From: Methanotrichaceae archaeon | GTDB lineage: Archaea > Halobacteriota > Methanosarcinia > Methanotrichales > Methanotrichaceae | Direction: 5' to 3' | NCBI GenBank assembly: GCA_963803145.1 | Contig: CAWDLW010000017.1 | Location: 193,188-257,187, forward strand | Length of the DNA: 64,000 bases | Shown: positions 20,293 to 30,485 of the stretch, piece after piece | Position numbering within the stretch: the first letter of the stretch is position 1 | How the letters are laid out: each line of letters opens with the position of its first letter | Translations under genes and position numbers: made by a program | Notes under the pieces: model-generated | The model's database searches: none | The model's input: only the letters and a program-made list of their open reading frames with translations | Told to the model about the DNA's origin: nothing

Positions 20293-20618
20293 CATTCGGT
20301 TCCACCAAAACGGAATGACTCAGAGAGCAGCGAGCGCTAACAAGGGTTCTCGCTTTTCCTCTCTGAAAGCTTTTCGCGTGCCAGTTTTTTACCGGCTTGA
20401 TCGAAAAAGTGACTTACGCTTCGATATTCTCCAGTCTCTACCAGCTTAACAGCTTCATCATAGAGCTCTGGCTCTATACTGATATTGATTTTCTTCCTTG
20501 GGGTTCTCGCCATGCGGTTAGTATTCTCGGTTCTTTGTTTAAATAGATTACTACCAGGTGTTCAACAGTAAGCTTAAAATATTAGTAGTGCTTAGTGTTC
20601 ATTTGGTGGAACCGAATG
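20293..20618. repeat. Perfect 17-bp inverted repeat (20293-20309 / 20602-20618)
   Basis: CATTCGGTTCCACCAAA and TTTGGTGGAACCGAATG. Confidence 0.85.
20337..20513 (-). CDS. Ribbon-helix-helix (CopG/Arc-like) regulator, 58 aa, absent from the ORF track
   Basis: Manual translation: MARTPRKKINISIEPELYDEAVKLVETGEYRSVSHFFDQAGKKLAREKLSERKSENPC. Confidence 0.75.
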   Translation of the reverse strand: MARTPRKKINISIEPELYDEAVKLVETGEYRSVSHFFDQAGKKLAREKLSERKSENPC

Positions 20619-20939
20619 CGTAAAAGAACAATTCCAGAGCTTAAGCTCCCGGTCTCTCAGACCGCTGAAGCTGTAGAGTCTTTAATAACCACAATCCTTG
20701 GCAGTAAGCCTGAAGGCATTGAGAAAATCACGTCGGTTAATATAGAAGAAGCTAAGGCTACAGCTGAGGAATCCAGGCGCCAGGCTCGCGAACACCAGGC
20801 AAAGATGGGGCTGCTTAGGAACATAGCTAAAATCGAGAGAGGTGAGCCCGTTGATAGCATCGTGCCTGTGCTCAGAAAAGCAAATAGCAAGCTGAGAGGC
20901 GAGTACGGAGGGGTTTATGATGGACCCATCTATTTCTGA
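20616..20939 (+). CDS. Hypothetical protein (mobile-element-like)
   Basis: ORF with GGTGG before ATG 20616; divergent from the RHH gene; overlaps the next ORF. Confidence 0.55.
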   Translation: MRKRTIPELKLPVSQTAEAVESLITTILGSKPEGIEKITSVNIEEAKATAEESRRQAREHQAKMGLLRNIAKIERGEPVDSIVPVLRKANSKLRGEYGGVYDGPIYF

Positions 20940-21492
20940 AGGCACGGGGCCTGCGCATCCTGATCATAAGAAACGACCTGCTTCTTTAGCCTCCCTAGAA
21001 GAGATTAACAGGGCTCTTGATGGCCTTCAACCTTTGGCATCAAAAATCGATGAGTTGAAGACAGGGATTCTTGATAAAGAGGCTGATATCTTAAATGTGA
21101 TCCTGCAGAGGATCTCGCCTCTCATACCGTTGCTCAGCAAGGACTATGAAGCCTGTTATCGTCATGAACTTATACTTCTCACAAAAACAGAACGTGTGAA
21201 ACTTGAGGATTCTGTAGATTTCTACAGTAATTACATGCTGATCTTATACGAAAACGGCCAATTGATAGATCAGCATTGCTATGGTGAAAACACCATTAGC
21301 ACAAGGATCGGCTGGGAGATCATTAACGAGACCTATCTGACGTCCACAGCCGCTATAATCAATTTCGGCCTTGATGCCATAGTAGAGGGCTTGATGAAGA
21401 TTATCAAGGATGCTAGGGAACTCTTTGTCTTGAAAAGCGAACTCGAAAATAGATTTATCGCCTTGACGGGTTTGCTGGAGGCTCTGCAATGA
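20917..21492 (+). CDS. Hypothetical protein
   Basis: 191-aa ORF with GGAGG upstream, coupled to the previous ORF. Confidence 0.6.
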   Translation: MMDPSISEGTGPAHPDHKKRPASLASLEEINRALDGLQPLASKIDELKTGILDKEADILNVILQRISPLIPLLSKDYEACYRHELILLTKTERVKLEDSVDFYSNYMLILYENGQLIDQHCYGENTISTRIGWEIINETYLTSTAAIINFGLDAIVEGLMKIIKDARELFVLKSELENRFIALTGLLEALQ

Positions 21493-21662
21493 GAACACTG
21501 AATGTAAGGGAGGTGAAAGGAATGCCCACTAGAAATTATGCAACGGTGTGGGAAAGGAGAATGAATTGCCAGGTCTTGTGAAGATAGAGATAGGTTGCCA
21601 TCATGTCAAACCTTTTTTAGGTGCTAGTTCATATATTAACTTGACAGCTCATCTCTAAGCTC

Positions 21663-22814
21663 TTACCTTTCCCAAATCGGGCGATAAAGTTTATCCGCCT
21701 GAGCACTAACGAAATCGGGATAATTATAAACGAGAGTAGCGCCCTCATATTCCTGTTTTTCGGATAGCTTCTCATGGATCTCATCGACTTCGCCTATAGC
21801 CGAGTCCGCTTCAACGTATGATTGAGCGATCACAACATGGTGCTTTTTTGAGAATAAAGGCTTATCGCCTACTAAGCGCGCCCCTTTGATCATAGCGATC
21901 CCAGTAGCTGTAACTCTTCCACCGAGTTTAGCTACTTTGAGAGGTCCAGCCGTCAAAGCATAGCGGCAATCTAAATCTTTTACATCAATTTGCTCCAATA
22001 TTCCGCTTGCCTTAGATAGAAGGTTGCGTTCTACCTCATAATGGATTTGACGAACAGCATCAAGAGCCAAGCTACTTTTGGAGCTTTTGTTGCATGGGAA
22101 TAGAGCAATGAATCCGTCTCCCGCGAAGCAATCAAATACTCCACCGGCATCCTCAATAGCGTTTGCCATCATTTCAGAATACATAGCTAGAAAACTGCTA
22201 AAGTCTTTTGGCCCCAGTTGTGTGAGGGTTTTGGTAGAGCGCACTATGTCGGAATAGACCACAGCTATTTTCTTTGCCCTTAGCAAAGATTGTACACCTT
22301 TTGCTTGAGAAGGCTTTGCAGATTCTAGTTTCTTCATTTTATTATAATCAATACTTTCTTTTAGACATCGTCCCAATTTTATCGCAGATTTGTATTTCTC
22401 AACTGATATTAAGGGATCTACACCTACTGAACTTAATTCTAATCGTCTTGCTTCGTCAATTATATTTTTAAATTCATTATATTTCGAAATAAAATCGTCA
22501 GGGCTGATATCAATGCAAGAAAATAGCCTTTCGTTATCTTTGTATATTGGGGCAAGTTCGTCATTTATTCCGACCCATATTAATTTATAGCAATCTAATG
22601 TTAACCGTGTCAAATGATTTCTTGCTTTTAGAATATTCTCTTCTCTCTGAGTTTCAGTTAAGTGTGGGTTATAGAACTGAAAAACGTGACCAAGAGCGTT
22701 TTCAAATTCTACGAGAACTTGCTGAGGTTTCCTTCCAAAATGAGCAACAGCATCTGCGTACGCGCTAATACATTCGCTTCTATAAAACTCTGCTAATTCA
22801 TCAATATTTGACAT
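21663..22814 (-). CDS. Helical N-terminal domain fused to an atypical class III nucleotidyl cyclase
   Basis: C-terminal AVVYSDIVRST and FAGDGFIALF (two metal-binding Asp), RYALTAGP, MIKGARL; N-terminal EFENALGH...KARNHLTRLTLDCYK. Confidence 0.7.
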   Translation of the reverse strand: MSNIDELAEFYRSECISAYADAVAHFGRKPQQVLVEFENALGHVFQFYNPHLTETQREENILKARNHLTRLTLDCYKLIWVGINDELAPIYKDNERLFSCIDISPDDFISKYNEFKNIIDEARRLELSSVGVDPLISVEKYKSAIKLGRCLKESIDYNKMKKLESAKPSQAKGVQSLLRAKKIAVVYSDIVRSTKTLTQLGPKDFSSFLAMYSEMMANAIEDAGGVFDCFAGDGFIALFPCNKSSKSSLALDAVRQIHYEVERNLLSKASGILEQIDVKDLDCRYALTAGPLKVAKLGGRVTATGIAMIKGARLVGDKPLFSKKHHVVIAQSYVEADSAIGEVDEIHEKLSEKQEYEGATLVYNYPDFVSAQADKLYRPIWER

Positions 22815-22825
22815 AAATTAGCACA

Positions 22826-23044
22826 TCATGAAGCCAATATATCATCTATCATCTCGTTTAATTCGATTTTTTCTACTGGGACAATGCTACCCCTATTAAG
22901 AACTACATTTGTTATAATCTCTTCTGTTTTCAATTCTCCTCTACCACACCTTTTTTGAACAAATTCATCGATCTCTTCTGTAGTAGAAAAATCCTCTATA
23001 TTGATATTGAATACAGCCTCAAAGATCTCTGCCCTTGGCTTCAC
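22826..23044 (-). CDS. Small acidic hypothetical protein, probably co-transcribed with the cyclase fusion
   Basis: 72-aa ORF ending 11 bp before the cyclase start; upstream TATA-like tract. Confidence 0.65.
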   Translation of the reverse strand: MKPRAEIFEAVFNINIEDFSTTEEIDEFVQKRCGRGELKTEEIITNVVLNRGSIVPVEKIELNEMIDDILAS

Positions 23045-23412
23045 GATTAATCCCGTCCTGTTATACTTATACCTGCTTTATAAATCTTATGTTTATTCAA
23101 TCCATGTAGGGTATATAAATTTTTTTCGATTCAATCTCTGACTATCGGACTTTGACGCACCTTTTATTCTTTAATTGCACACGCCATAACCCTGAATGGC
23201 TCTCTTTCTTTATTTCAAATTATAGTTCGCGAATACAATAACCTTCTTGAGCATCTTCTAAGTTTATCTGGAAATGGATGCCTAAGTTTATACATTTGAC
23301 CCACAAGTTAATTGGCGTTCATATTGAATCTTAGCTCCGGGCAAGACACTCTCTTCTGCGCCATTGCCAAGGATTATTTTTATATGGTTAGATAACTCTC
23401 TTTTACAGGCTT

Positions 23413-24741
23413 ATGGTACTTGATAATTTAGGCGGATCATTGCGCAGTGCGCTACGGAAGATCGCATCTGCAAACAAGATAGATAAACCCCTAATCGAGG
23501 AGACGGTCAGGGAGATTCAGCGTGCTCTTTTGCAGGCCGACGTGAATGTTAAGCTGGTGATGCAGCTTTCCAATAAAATAAAGGAGAGGGCTCTGGATGA
23601 AAAGCCGCCCACAGGCATGAACCCGAGAGAGCACGTCATCAACATCGTCTATCAGGAACTCATAAACCTTGTAGGAAAAGGCTCCGATATCCCACTAAAG
23701 AAGCAGGATATAATGCTCGTGGGCCTTCAGGGCTCAGGAAAGACAACAACTGCAGCAAAGCTGGCGACATATTTCCAACGAAAGGGCCTGCGTACTGCTG
23801 TTATCTGCGCGGATACATTTAGGGCGGGCGCATATGATCAGCTCAAAGCCCTTTGCGAAAAACAGGGCATCTTCTTTTATGGCGAGAGGGGCAACACTGA
23901 TGCACCAGCTGTCGCTAGAAACGGCCTTGAGGCCGCGAAGAAATACGATATCAGAATCATAGATACGGCGGGCAGACATGCACTGGAGGCAGATCTGATC
24001 AAGGAGATGGAGGAGATCCATGCTGTAGTAAATGCAGATCAGAAGCTGTTGGTGATGGATGCGGCCATTGGACAGCAGGCGAGTGAGCAGGCTAGGGCTT
24101 TCAATGACGCAGTCAACATAACTGGCGTCGTTATCTCTAAGCTTGATGGAACCGCCAAGGGAGGCGGCGCACTGAGCGCGGTCGCGGAGACCAAGACATC
24201 AGTTGCTTTTATCGGCGTTGGAGAGACGCCCAGCGACTTAGAGCGCTTTGAGGCCGATAGGTTCATTTCACGATTGCTGGGAATGGGCGATATAAAGACG
24301 CTCATTGAGCGGGCGCAGGAGATTCAGGCTACTGAGGAAGTGGATGTTGAATCCATGATGAGGGGCAAGTTCACCCTCAAGGATATGTACACCCAGATGG
24401 AGGCCATGAACAAGCTTGGGCCTCTGAAACAGATAATGCAAATGTTGCCGATGGGAGGCCTAGGCATCGAGCTATCAGATAAGGAGTTCCAGGCTACAAA
24501 AGACAAGTTGGATAAGTATCGGGTCATCATGGACTCAATGACTGATGCTGAACTAGAGGACCCGAAGATTATAACCGCCTCTCGGATAAAGCGTATTTCC
24601 TACGGAAGCGGAAGTTCACCCGAGGTTGTTCGAGAGCTTCTTAAGTCTCACCAGGCGATGCAGAAGGCAATAAAAGGTATGAAGGGCATGGGCAAGATGA
24701 ATATGAAACGCCTTATGAAAAGGTTCGGCCCGATGGGCTAA
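23413..24741 (+). CDS. srp54: Signal recognition particle protein SRP54
   Basis: [27 protein letters not shown]; Met-rich M domain. Confidence 0.97.
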   Translation: MVLDNLGGSLRSALRKIASANKIDKPLIEETVREIQRALLQADVNVKLVMQLSNKIKERALDEKPPTGMNPREHVINIVYQELINLVGKGSDIPLKKQDIMLVGLQGSGKTTTAAKLATYFQRKGLRTAVICADTFRAGAYDQLKALCEKQGIFFYGERGNTDAPAVARNGLEAAKKYDIRIIDTAGRHALEADLIKEMEEIHAVVNADQKLLVMDAAIGQQASEQARAFNDAVNITGVVISKLDGTAKGGGALSAVAETKTSVAFIGVGETPSDLERFEADRFISRLLGMGDIKTLIERAQEIQATEEVDVESMMRGKFTLKDMYTQMEAMNKLGPLKQIMQMLPMGGLGIELSDKEFQATKDKLDKYRVIMDSMTDAELEDPKIITASRIKRISYGSGSSPEVVRELLKSHQAMQKAIKGMKGMGKMNMKRLMKRFGPMG

Positions 24742-24907
24742 GTGGTCGGCGCATAAACCAAAGCAAAAAGCTAAGCCGATTGCTTTAGATTGCCTAGTAG
24801 ACTGCCTTGTGCTCTCCCTGCATAATTTTTTTATCAGGCCACATTGAAGTTTGAATCGCTCAGGTCGTCGTATGATGTCGTGCCTCCTAAGCTGCATTCT
24901 ATCATCC

Positions 24908-25603
24908 CTAACTGTAATTGGTAGTAATGGCCACATCGGATGTAGTGATCTGGCCGCTATCGTTCGTGCTTGAATAACTTTTTCTCTCGATTCTATGATC
25001 GGTGCCGTTTGATGTAGCGCCCTGTATTGATTCCTGTGTTGCTGCCGAGTTTCTTACATCTACCGGTGCTGCTTGGTTCAGATAATTGCCCAGTATTATG
25101 GTAGTCCCGCCTAAAGCATTTGAGGGCTTTATACTTCCGGTTACAGTTCCTGATAGGGTGATTACGCCAGCTGAATACGTATCATATTTACCTGTAAGAG
25201 ATGTGCCCGATTGAGAGACCTTAAGCCTATACATCTCAGAGCTATTGATGACCAGGACGGATAGGTCTATATTACTCCCTGAGATATTTCCTGAGGCACT
25301 GACTCTGCGGCTATTTCCCTCTGCGGTTATGCTTCCGTAACCCATGAGAACATCTTTGCTCTGCTGAGCGTTTAGCTCAATATATTTCATACTGGAACCT
25401 AACAAGCCTAAAGACCAGATTCCCGTCAAGTTTACCTGATTTCCTGACCCTGTCCTAGCCTCTATGGCGCCGTCCGATCCAACTTTCAGTGGTGGAATTA
25501 TTCCCTTTCCTGTTGTCACAGTCCCTGCATAACCCTGCGATGAAGCCTGAGCCACTAGGAAGACGAGAACTAGAACTAATATCAGCAGTCTAATCAATCC
25601 CAT
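24908..25603 (-). CDS. Exported beta-barrel-like protein (paralog 5 of 5)
   Basis: Signal peptide; GIWSLGL...QQSKDVLMGYG...YRLKV core. Confidence 0.75.
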   Translation of the reverse strand: MGLIRLLILVLVLVFLVAQASSQGYAGTVTTGKGIIPPLKVGSDGAIEARTGSGNQVNLTGIWSLGLLGSSMKYIELNAQQSKDVLMGYGSITAEGNSRRVSASGNISGSNIDLSVLVINSSEMYRLKVSQSGTSLTGKYDTYSAGVITLSGTVTGSIKPSNALGGTTIILGNYLNQAAPVDVRNSAATQESIQGATSNGTDHRIERKSYSSTNDSGQITTSDVAITTNYS

Positions 25604-25698
25604 AATCTTAACCCCTCCTTTTTACGATAATGAAGATATTAAAAATAGTGGTATCTCGGGCAGAAGCCGAGAGGAAAGGCTGACCTGCCCAAGACTCT

Positions 25699-26394
25699 TC
25701 AGATAGAGTTATTCTGCAATTGCTGGCCTGGATACTGTGAATACTGCTGAACATTTGGTTGAGCAGCAGGCTGTGCCGCTGTCCCGGCAGGAGCTACTAT
25801 ATTTCCAAAGGCTACTCCTGGCTGGGTTATCTCCGGTGCGCTGAAGAGGTAGTCGCCTCCCATCGATCCTGGCCTGACCGTCAGACTGAATCTATACATG
25901 TTATTGGGAGATCCTGTTGGGATAACATACATCGCCAATTTGTCACCCAAAAGCGTTCCTCCGGCAGTGACCTGAGATATGCTGCTTCCGGATGTTAGCT
26001 CTCCCGAGCCGAAGACTGCGTCTCCTGACTGGAACAGCGATAATGTTAGGGTCTTTGTGCCGATATCTGTAAGAGTAAATGACCAGACTCCTGCGATATA
26101 TATAGGCAATCCTATAGCGATAGGCGTCCTAACGCCCTTCCCTGCCGCTCCTGGAGTCATGCCCGTACTTTTGCTGATGAGGAAGAGGCTTTCATTTCTG
26201 AACGATAGGTCGCTATCACTTGGATTAGTGCTGGATCCAGTAGTAACCTCTTGCTTTATCTGATAGCCCGACATGTCCTGATTCGGGAACGGCTGGTTCA
26301 CTTTATCCTTCGGCCCAAGCGGCATGTCGGCAAATGCTGGAATAGCCAAGCATACAACCAGGGCGAGTGTTAATACTACACTTTTGAATTTCAT
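25699..26394 (-). CDS. Exported beta-barrel-like protein (paralog 4 of 5)
   Basis: Signal peptide MKFKSVVL; GVWSFTLTD...LFQSGDAVFGSG core; Q-rich tail. Confidence 0.78.
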   Translation of the reverse strand: MKFKSVVLTLALVVCLAIPAFADMPLGPKDKVNQPFPNQDMSGYQIKQEVTTGSSTNPSDSDLSFRNESLFLISKSTGMTPGAAGKGVRTPIAIGLPIYIAGVWSFTLTDIGTKTLTLSLFQSGDAVFGSGELTSGSSISQVTAGGTLLGDKLAMYVIPTGSPNNMYRFSLTVRPGSMGGDYLFSAPEITQPGVAFGNIVAPAGTAAQPAAQPNVQQYSQYPGQQLQNNSI

Positions 26395-26690
26395 CTCCAC
26401 ACTCCTCCTAATTTGGATCAGCATTATCTCTCACAGGGTTTAAAGGTTGCCCTTTTATGGGCTTGTAGCTGGAATTGTCATCAAAAACAGGTATATTAGC
26501 ACTGTCTTGAAATTATTTCTCAGGCATTTGGCTACGAAGATGGTTTAATATTTAACTTTTGCTGCAATTCGCACAACTCTGGATTCATGAGGATTTATAG
26601 TGCCAGCTATATCCTTTTCTCCAAGATCTTCCAGGCGGTTGCCAATATGCTTGTCTAGATAAAGAAAACAGGGCCTTTAGGCCCAATGAT

Positions 26691-27428
26691 CTACTGGGAT
26701 GATCTCGTGCCATTGGCGCTTCCCGTCCAAGTGTTTCCACTGGCTGAGAATGCCTGGTAATCGCCGGAAGCAGAATCGCCGCTAGGTGTTAATGCGAGCC
26801 TATAGAGGTTGATAGACCCTAACGTTGTCAGATCCAAATTTAGTTTACTGCCATCGAACGACCCTGAGGCAGCAACAATTAGGGTGTTGTTTCCATCGTT
26901 CATGCTTCCCGTCCCAAAGACGGCATCTCCCGACTGGAATAGCGTCAAGACCATATTTTTAAGTGTATTATCGTTAAGCTCAAACGACCAGCTTCCGGAT
27001 ACGCCTCCTGATGTGGTTGAAGATGAAGGCGTTGTTTGAGTGGTCTGGGCTGTCTGAGTTGCTTGAGTTGCCTGGGTTGTATCGGGTGTTTGGCCGGCAC
27101 TTGTTCCTTGTGTATTTGCAGACTGATCCTGAGATGTTGAAGCTGACTGAGCCTGATCTCTGGATTCCTTGGCGCTCATAGCGTTGTCTGAGAGTGTGCT
27201 GGGCATCGTGAAATCTTTGCCAGTTTCGTTGCTCCATTCCTGACGAGCTAGTTGAGGTGTAAGTGACATGCCGGGAGCCGCTGGTGTATATGTTCCTTCA
27301 TCACCGCCATTTATCAGCTGATCGGCAGATAGGCCATCGGGATTGTCCCAATCGGCAGAGTGGGCTAATACAGCACAAAGGCCAACTAGCGCTAAGGATG
27401 ATATTAACAATAATATTATAATTCTCAT
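26691..27428 (-). CDS. Exported beta-barrel-like protein with S/T/Q linker (paralog 3 of 5)
   Basis: Signal peptide; TQATQA linker; GSWSFELND...LFQSGDAVFGTG core. Confidence 0.8.
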   Translation of the reverse strand: MRIIILLLISSLALVGLCAVLAHSADWDNPDGLSADQLINGGDEGTYTPAAPGMSLTPQLARQEWSNETGKDFTMPSTLSDNAMSAKESRDQAQSASTSQDQSANTQGTSAGQTPDTTQATQATQTAQTTQTTPSSSTTSGGVSGSWSFELNDNTLKNMVLTLFQSGDAVFGTGSMNDGNNTLIVAASGSFDGSKLNLDLTTLGSINLYRLALTPSGDSASGDYQAFSASGNTWTGSANGTRSSQ

Positions 27429-27660
27429 TCGCTCTGAACCTCCTTTCTATATGATCTTGGATCTTTGATTAAGATCTTCTCTTCAAGCCATTATACCGCC
27501 ATTAGATCCCATCTATAAAAGCTTAATGCCGTTTATCTGCATTAATCGATTTATCTTTAGGATGTTCTTCGACTGTTGAGGAATAGCGCTGTCTCAGAAT
27601 GCAATGCCCAGCATATAATCTATGGGCTAACAAAAAATTGTAAATTATAAATTCAAACCT

Positions 27661-28239
27661 TTACGCAAGGGTGCCAGTTATGGTTCCCGTCCAGGGTGTA
27701 GGGCTTGAACCGAATGCACTGTAGCTGCCAGATAAGGATCTACCGCTGATATCTATGCTGAGCTTGTAGAGATTGGTATCTTTCATGGAGAGCAGATCCA
27801 TATTCAGGTTGCTTCCGGATACCGATCCAGTGGCTGCAATATCCTGGGTCACGCCTCCAGATATCATACTGCCTTTGCCGAAGACAATGTCGCCCGACTG
27901 TGTGAGGACGATTGTGATTGATCTTATCGTGCTATCTGTCAGAACCAGGGATATGCTTCCTGCAATGCTTGATGCGATGCTTGAGGCCGACGATGTGCTT
28001 TGAGGAAACTTTGTGTTCTTGGCTGAAATCATCACTGCGCCCTTAGCAGGTATTGTGGCTCCGGCCTGTGGGCTCACGTTGAAGATATTTTCGTCTCCCA
28101 TGGTATGTTTTATATCCTGACTGGCGGCAGAATTTGCGCCTGAATCACTGGGGTTTAGGTAATCATCCTGGGCATATGCTTGGGCCGCCATCAGGATAAG
28201 GATGAATATATACATGAATACTCTGTAATATCTCATCAT
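27661..28239 (-). CDS. Exported beta-barrel-like protein (paralog 2 of 5)
   Basis: Signal peptide; LTQSGDIVFGKG...LYKLSI core. Confidence 0.78.
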   Translation of the reverse strand: MMRYYRVFMYIFILILMAAQAYAQDDYLNPSDSGANSAASQDIKHTMGDENIFNVSPQAGATIPAKGAVMISAKNTKFPQSTSSASSIASSIAGSISLVLTDSTIRSITIVLTQSGDIVFGKGSMISGGVTQDIAATGSVSGSNLNMDLLSMKDTNLYKLSIDISGRSLSGSYSAFGSSPTPWTGTITGTLA

Positions 28240-28324
28240 GATTCCTCGCTAATTGTTATGAGATTCATTCCACACTCGGTTTAGTCCAAGATACCTTAAA
28301 TCTAGCGCTGTATTCCTATCCCAG

Positions 28325-28882
28325 TTAGCCGCTGAAGCTTCGGGGCTCATTACTGCCGCCGTAGATCGTTCCCGTCGATGGAGCGTCTCCTCCAGGCGTA
28401 AAGAGCTTGAACGATCCTGATGTAGAATTGCCACTACCGATGTTTATCGAGAGCACGTAGAGGTTGGTATCCTCAAGTGGGACTGCATTCAGAATCATCG
28501 TGTTCCCTTCGAGTAGCGAGCCATCTGCTGTTGCAGTCTGCTCTCTCAGGCCGTTCTTTAGCACTCCCTTGCCGAAGACAACACCGCCCGCCTGGAAGAG
28601 CTGCAGGTTGAAATCTCCAATTGGCCTTGATCTCTGGTCCCTCAGCTCAAAAGTCCAATTGCCTGCTACATTCCTGTAAGAACCTTCAGGGCTTGCAATG
28701 CCGCCAGTCTTTGCCAGATAATCTGCAGTATGCTCTGTGCTGGCTATCTGCATGTTATCAGCCGAAAGGTCCTGGGGGTATTCTGTGGGCTGTGTTACCG
28801 TGACCGGTGAAGCCTGAACAGCAATCGTGAGGCTTACTACTAATACTGCTACTGCTAATAGAATAGTGCTATTGATTCTCAT
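28325..28882 (-). CDS. Exported beta-barrel-like protein (paralog 1 of 5)
   Basis: Signal peptide; GNWTFELRD...LFQAGGVVFGKG core. Confidence 0.78.
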   Translation of the reverse strand: MRINSTILLAVAVLVVSLTIAVQASPVTVTQPTEYPQDLSADNMQIASTEHTADYLAKTGGIASPEGSYRNVAGNWTFELRDQRSRPIGDFNLQLFQAGGVVFGKGVLKNGLREQTATADGSLLEGNTMILNAVPLEDTNLYVLSINIGSGNSTSGSFKLFTPGGDAPSTGTIYGGSNEPRSFSG

Positions 28883-28994
28883 CTTCCGCTAACCTCCACC
28901 CCTGTTTTTGTGAGAAGAAGATGAGATACTTCGATGGATAAACTTGACGCTACCAGTAGCTCTTCTTTCTTAGAATTATTAACCGCTCACTCTA

Positions 28995-30485
28995 TCAGGC
29001 CCTTCCATATAATTCGGTCATTTCCCTGAGTAGCCCTAATGCCTTCATCTGCTCAGGCAGCATCCTCCACTGGTAGTTACCCTCTGTTGTGCTTGGGTGG
29101 TTCATCCGAGCATCCTCGCCAAGGCCCAATATATCCTGCATGGGAATAATGGCGGTATCTGCAACAGACATCATTGCAAGCCTTATCAGCTCCCAGGAAA
29201 CGTTTTCGGCATTGATCTCATGTCCCACATATTTCGAGAGGCGCTGTTTATCCTCTGGCTGGGCTTCATGCTCAAACCATCCCTTAGCGGTGCTATTGTC
29301 ATGGGTTCCTGTGTATATGACACAATTCTTGATATTGTTATGAGGTGCATAGGGATTTTTCGGTAGACCCTCTCCAAAGGCAAATAGGAGCACTTTCATC
29401 CCTGGAATACCAAATTTATTCATGATTTCTCTAACATCTGCAGTTATGATTCCCAAATCCTCAGCTATTAAAGAGATGCATCTGAAATGCCTGAAGATCC
29501 TTGTGAGAAAGTCCTCTGCTGGTGCTGGGGTCCATTTGCCGTTCACGGCTGTTTTCTCTCCTGCAGGCACCTCCCAATAGGCGATAAGTCCGCGGAAATG
29601 GTCTATTCTCAGCACATCGACGAGGCCTAGAACATGGCCTAGGCGCTGTATCCACCAGGAATACTCTGATCCTCTGATAACATCCCAGTTGTAGATGGGA
29701 TTTCCCCAGAGTTGGCCTGTAGCACTGAAGTAATCTGGAGGAACTCCTGCAGATGATATCTGCTGTTTGTTCTGATCCAGCTTGAATATCCTTGGATTTG
29801 ACCAGACATCGGCGCTATCATAATTGACGTATATAGGGATATCTCCGATGACCTTTATGTTACGATCATTACACCTCTGCCTGAGAGCCCCCCATTGTCT
29901 GAAGAAGATGTACTGAGTAAACTTCTCTCTCTCAATCTTGCCCTTGAGTCGATCCCTGGCCTTATCGATCTCTTCCTTCTGCTTATCCTTCAGCCCCTGA
30001 GGCCAGCTGGACCAGACCAATCCTCTTTGCTCGGCCTTGATAGATTTGAAGAGCGTAAAATCGTCGAGCCAGAAATCATTCATAGAGCAAAACCGATCGT
30101 AATCGCTATCTTTGCTCTTGTATCTAAACCGTTCATAAGCCTTGTCCAGAAGCTTGTCTTTATAGGCGGTGACCGCAGGATAATCGATTTTATCAGCCTT
30201 GAAGGATGGAACTGGCTCGGTATCCTCCTTATATAAGAAACCCTCAACCATTAGAAGTGCGGGGCTTATCAGCAGTGAATTCCCCGCAAAGGCGGATATG
30301 CTGTTGTAAGGTGTATTGCCGAAGATTGGATCGGTCATGCTGAGCGGCAGTATCTGCCAGTAGCTCTGTTTGTTTTCAGATAAAAAGTCCACAAATCTAT
30401 ATGCTTCTGGCCCAAGATCGCCTATCCCGTATGGCGACGGAAGTGATGTTATGTGAAGAAGTACTCCGCTTCCTCTGAACCTCAT
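28995..30485 (-). CDS. malQ: 4-alpha-glucanotransferase (GH77)
   Basis: GVLLHITSLP, GVPPDYFSATGQLWGNP, LRIDHFRG, AEDLG, YTGTHDN. Confidence 0.95.
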   Translation of the reverse strand: MRFRGSGVLLHITSLPSPYGIGDLGPEAYRFVDFLSENKQSYWQILPLSMTDPIFGNTPYNSISAFAGNSLLISPALLMVEGFLYKEDTEPVPSFKADKIDYPAVTAYKDKLLDKAYERFRYKSKDSDYDRFCSMNDFWLDDFTLFKSIKAEQRGLVWSSWPQGLKDKQKEEIDKARDRLKGKIEREKFTQYIFFRQWGALRQRCNDRNIKVIGDIPIYVNYDSADVWSNPRIFKLDQNKQQISSAGVPPDYFSATGQLWGNPIYNWDVIRGSEYSWWIQRLGHVLGLVDVLRIDHFRGLIAYWEVPAGEKTAVNGKWTPAPAEDFLTRIFRHFRCISLIAEDLGIITADVREIMNKFGIPGMKVLLFAFGEGLPKNPYAPHNNIKNCVIYTGTHDNSTAKGWFEHEAQPEDKQRLSKYVGHEINAENVSWELIRLAMMSVADTAIIPMQDILGLGEDARMNHPSTTEGNYQWRMLPEQMKALGLLREMTELYGRA

